Source of the DNA: an uncultured Gemmatimonadales bacterium
Lineage (GTDB): Bacteria > Gemmatimonadota > Gemmatimonadetes > Palauibacterales > Palauibacteraceae
Direction of reading: 5' to 3'
Length of the DNA: 64,000 nt
NCBI GenBank assembly: GCA_963783385.1
Contig: CAWANJ010000003.1
Coordinates: forward strand, 256,001-320,000
This document shows positions 58,914 to 64,000 of this stretch, piece by piece. Every line of letters starts with the position of its first letter. Positions within the stretch are counted from its first letter, which is position 1. Under the pieces are notes generated by a model. The model was not told the DNA's origin, ran no database searches, and saw only the letters and a program-made list of their open reading frames with translations. Position numbers and translations under genes: made by a program.

Positions 58914-59831
58914 ATGGCGATGCGCCGCACGGACCCCGAGACGATGGACCGACCGACGACCCTCCCCCTCCTGGCCGACCTGCTCCGCGACCGGAGCCTG
59001 GTGGTCCTCACCGGCGCCGGGATCAGCACCGAGTCCGGGATCCCCGACTACCGCGGCGCCGGCAAGGAAGAGCGCGTCCCCATGCCGATCCGCTACCAGG
59101 AGTTCGTGCGGAGCCGCGAGGCCCGGAGCCGCTACTGGGCCAGGAGCGCAGTGGGCTGGCCGCGCATGTCCAGCGCCCGCCCCAACCCGGGCCACCTCGC
59201 GCTGGCGAGACTCGAGCGGGCCGGCCTCGTCCGCGGAGTCATCACCCAGAACGTGGACGGGCTCCATCAGGCCGCCGGGAGCCGGCGGGTGGTCGAGCTC
59301 CACGGCACCCTGTCCCGCGTCCTGTGCCTGGAGTGCGGGGCGCCGGAGGCCCGCTCGGAGGTCCAGGACCGGCTCCGGGGGCTGAACCCGGGCCGGCTCC
59401 GACCCGACCGGGACGCCGAGCTCCGGCCGGACGGCGACGCGGATCTGCGGCCCGACGGCGACGCGGACCTGGGCGGGGTCGACCTCGGCGCCTTCTGTCT
59501 GCCCGGCTGCCGCTGCTGCGGGGGCGTCCTCAAGCCCGACGTGGTGTTCTTCGGCGAGAACGTGCCGCGCCCCACCGTGGAGCGGGCGTGGCGGCTGTTC
59601 GGGGAGTGCGAGGTTCTCCTGGTGGCCGGCTCCTCTCTGACCGTCTACTCCGGCTACCGGTTCGTGCGCCGCGCCGCCGAGGAGGGGAAGCCCATGGCCA
59701 TCGTCAACGTGGGTGACACCCGGGGCGACCCGCTGGCCGACGTCCGCGTGGACGGACGCACGGGAGAGGTGCTGCCGCGCCTGGCCGAGGCGCTCCTGGG
59801 CGCCGCCGGGGGCGACGGCCGGACCGCCTGA
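58914..59831 (+). CDS. cobB: NAD-dependent protein deacylase, Sir2 family (class II / SIRT4-like)
   Basis: [34 protein letters not shown], two CxxC motifs, [18 protein letters not shown]. Start may be 58914, 58920 or 58944. Confidence 0.92.
   Translation: MAMRRTDPETMDRPTTLPLLADLLRDRSLVVLTGAGISTESGIPDYRGAGKEERVPMPIRYQEFVRSREARSRYWARSAVGWPRMSSARPNPGHLALARLERAGLVRGVITQNVDGLHQAAGSRRVVELHGTLSRVLCLECGAPEARSEVQDRLRGLNPGRLRPDRDAELRPDGDADLRPDGDADLGGVDLGAFCLPGCRCCGGVLKPDVVFFGENVPRPTVERAWRLFGECEVLLVAGSSLTVYSGYRFVRRAAEEGKPMAIVNVGDTRGDPLADVRVDGRTGEVLPRLAEALLGAAGGDGRTA
59400..59471 (+). repeat. 3 x 24-bp in-frame tandem repeat in the sirtuin
   Basis: Encodes [24 protein letters not shown]. Confidence 0.8.
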
Positions 59832-59864
59832 GCACCGGGCGGCCCCGGCGCGGCACCCGATGCA

Positions 59865-59892
59865 CGAAGGCCCCGCCGCGGCGGGGCCTTCG
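59865..59892. terminator. Probable bidirectional terminator hairpin
   Basis: Perfect palindrome CGAAGGCCCCGCCG|CGGCGGGGCCTTCG between convergent genes. Confidence 0.7.
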
Positions 59893-59946
59893 CGTGTCCG
59901 GTGGTCCCGGCGCCGCGCCCGCGCCGGTCCTTCGCCGCGCCCTGTC

Positions 59947-61488
59947 TCAGACCGCGGGCGGCTCCCCGGCGGCCGCCTCCCGCCTCTGCCGCAGCTGGCT
60001 GTTCCGGATCCCGTACGTGAAGTAGAAGATCATCCCGAGCACGAACCAGATGAGCAGCCGCAGCCACGTCACCATCGGCAGGGACGCCATCAGGTAGAAG
60101 GCCGAGATGGCGCCCATCGGCGCCACGAACCACACCCACGGCGTCCTGAAGGGACGGGGAAGCTCCGGCTCCCTCACCCGCAGCACCATGATCCCGATCG
60201 ACACGATCACGAAGGCCAGCAGGGTGCCGATCGACACCAGGCTGGCCGCGTCGCGCACGGGCAGGATGGCCGCGAAGAAGGCCACGATCGTGCCGGTCAC
60301 GATCGAGGTGATCCACGGGGTCCGGAACTTGGGGTGGATCTTGTTCACGAACTGTGGCAGGAGCCCGTCGCGCGACATGGTCCAGAAGATCCGCGACTGC
60401 CCCATGAGCATGACCAGGATCACCGAGGAGAGACCCGCGATGGCCCCCAGCTTGATGATGCCCGACATCCAGCCCAGCCCGGCGTGGTCGGCGGCCAGCG
60501 CGATCGGGTCCGGCACGTCGAGCTGCTTGTAGGGGACCACGCCCGTCGCCACCAGGGAGACCACGATGTAGAGGGCCGTGCAGATGAGGAGCGACCCGAT
60601 GATGGCCTTGGGCATGTCCTTCTGCGGGTTCTTCGCCTCCTGCGCCGCCGTGGTGATCGCGTCGAAGCCAATGTAGGCGAAGAACACGATCCCGGCGCCC
60701 GCCATGACCCCGGTCCACCCGAACGCCTCGCGCGTGCCGGCGTTGGGTGGGATGAAGGGGTGCCAGTTGGCCGGGTTGATGGCCGCCGCGGCTCCGCCGA
60801 TGAACAGCAGCACCACCGCGACCTTGATGAACACGATGATGTTGTTGGCGGTGGCCGACTCGCGGATCCCGAGCACGAGCAAGCTGGTGACGCAGAAGAT
60901 GATGAACACGGCCGGAAGGTTGAAGATGGCCGTGGCGTGCGGCAGCGTGGCCACGTTCACGCCGCCCTGCGTGAGGCTGTGCGTGAGGTCCGCGCTCATC
61001 ACCTGCCACCCGTGCCCGGGGACCTCGATGAGGTGCGTGCCCCGCGCGGCCTGCACCTCGGGCGGGATGTAGATCCCGATCCCGTCCAGGAAGGAGACCA
61101 CGTAGCCCGACCAGCCGATGGCCACGGTCACGGCGCCGAGCGCGTACTCGAGGATGAGGTCCCATCCGATGATCCAGGCGATGAGCTCGCCCAGGGTGGC
61201 GTAGCCGTAGGTGTAGGCGCTCCCCGCCATGGGGACGAGGGAGGCGAACTCGGAGTAGCACAGGGCCGCGAAGACCGAGGCCACGCCCGCCAGGATGAAG
61301 GAGAGGACGACGGCCGGGCCGGCGTTCTGGGCCGCCACGGTGCCGGTCAGGACGAAGATGCCGGTGCCGATGATGGCGCCCACTCCGAGCAGGGTCAGGT
61401 TGAGCGCGCCCAGGGCCCTCCGGAGCGTCTTGTCGGTGAGCGCCTCTTCCTGGAGCTCCGTGACCGTCTTTCGACGAAACAGGTTCAC
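59947..61488 (-). CDS. APC-family amino acid permease (cationic amino acid transporter / YfnA-like)
   Basis: GTG 61488 with SD GGAGG; GVGAIIGTGIFVLTG, ALCYSEFAS, FFAYIGFD, SRDGLLP. Confidence 0.93.
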   Translation of the reverse strand: MNLFRRKTVTELQEEALTDKTLRRALGALNLTLLGVGAIIGTGIFVLTGTVAAQNAGPAVVLSFILAGVASVFAALCYSEFASLVPMAGSAYTYGYATLGELIAWIIGWDLILEYALGAVTVAIGWSGYVVSFLDGIGIYIPPEVQAARGTHLIEVPGHGWQVMSADLTHSLTQGGVNVATLPHATAIFNLPAVFIIFCVTSLLVLGIRESATANNIIVFIKVAVVLLFIGGAAAAINPANWHPFIPPNAGTREAFGWTGVMAGAGIVFFAYIGFDAITTAAQEAKNPQKDMPKAIIGSLLICTALYIVVSLVATGVVPYKQLDVPDPIALAADHAGLGWMSGIIKLGAIAGLSSVILVMLMGQSRIFWTMSRDGLLPQFVNKIHPKFRTPWITSIVTGTIVAFFAAILPVRDAASLVSIGTLLAFVIVSIGIMVLRVREPELPRPFRTPWVWFVAPMGAISAFYLMASLPMVTWLRLLIWFVLGMIFYFTYGIRNSQLRQRREAAAGEPPAV

Positions 61489-61669
61489 GTGCGCCTCCAC
61501 GGCCCGCCCCGGGCGAGCCCCTCGGGTGAGTCCCCATCGACGTGTCCCGGGAGCTCCCCGAGGGGGGACGGGCCACGTCGCGCCGAGCCCAAAGAAGGGA
61601 CAGGGCCGGGCCGCCGCGCACAAGAGGCCGCGGCGGCGTCCGGCCCCTCGCCTCCTCCCGGGGCGCTCC

Positions 61670-63979
<2,310 letters not shown>

Positions 63980-64000
63980 GGGTGCACGGGCCTCCGATCG

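Overview
High-GC bacterial DNA (roughly 70-75% by eye). Gene content (ADOP-type permeases, short PadR, TonB style, VPS10-like propellers) suggests Gemmatimonadota or Acidobacteriota; this is inference. Many single-base frameshifts also hit ordinary genes and look like long-read consensus errors. The main feature is a ~39.6 kb minus-strand unit (45254 to 5607). It starts at a near-consensus sigma-54 promoter with upstream activator boxes. It then encodes a MacA-like adaptor, an ABC ATPase, 14 tandem but divergent duplicated MacB/FtsX (ADOP-like) permeases, a second ATPase, an NtrC-type sigma-54 activator and a histidine kinase with no extracellular sensor domain. Permease junctions are translationally coupled, and five longer spacers are bridged by doubly coupled mini-ORFs, one of which resembles a collapsed permease. 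A convergent PadR + permease pair has its own palindromic operator. The flanks carry peptide and amino-acid handling genes (two M28 peptidases, two APC permeases, two VPS10/BNR propellers, a proline-iminopeptidase fusion), plus ppsA, a class II sirtuin and a partial tonB. I found no rRNA, tRNA, CRISPR array or transposase.
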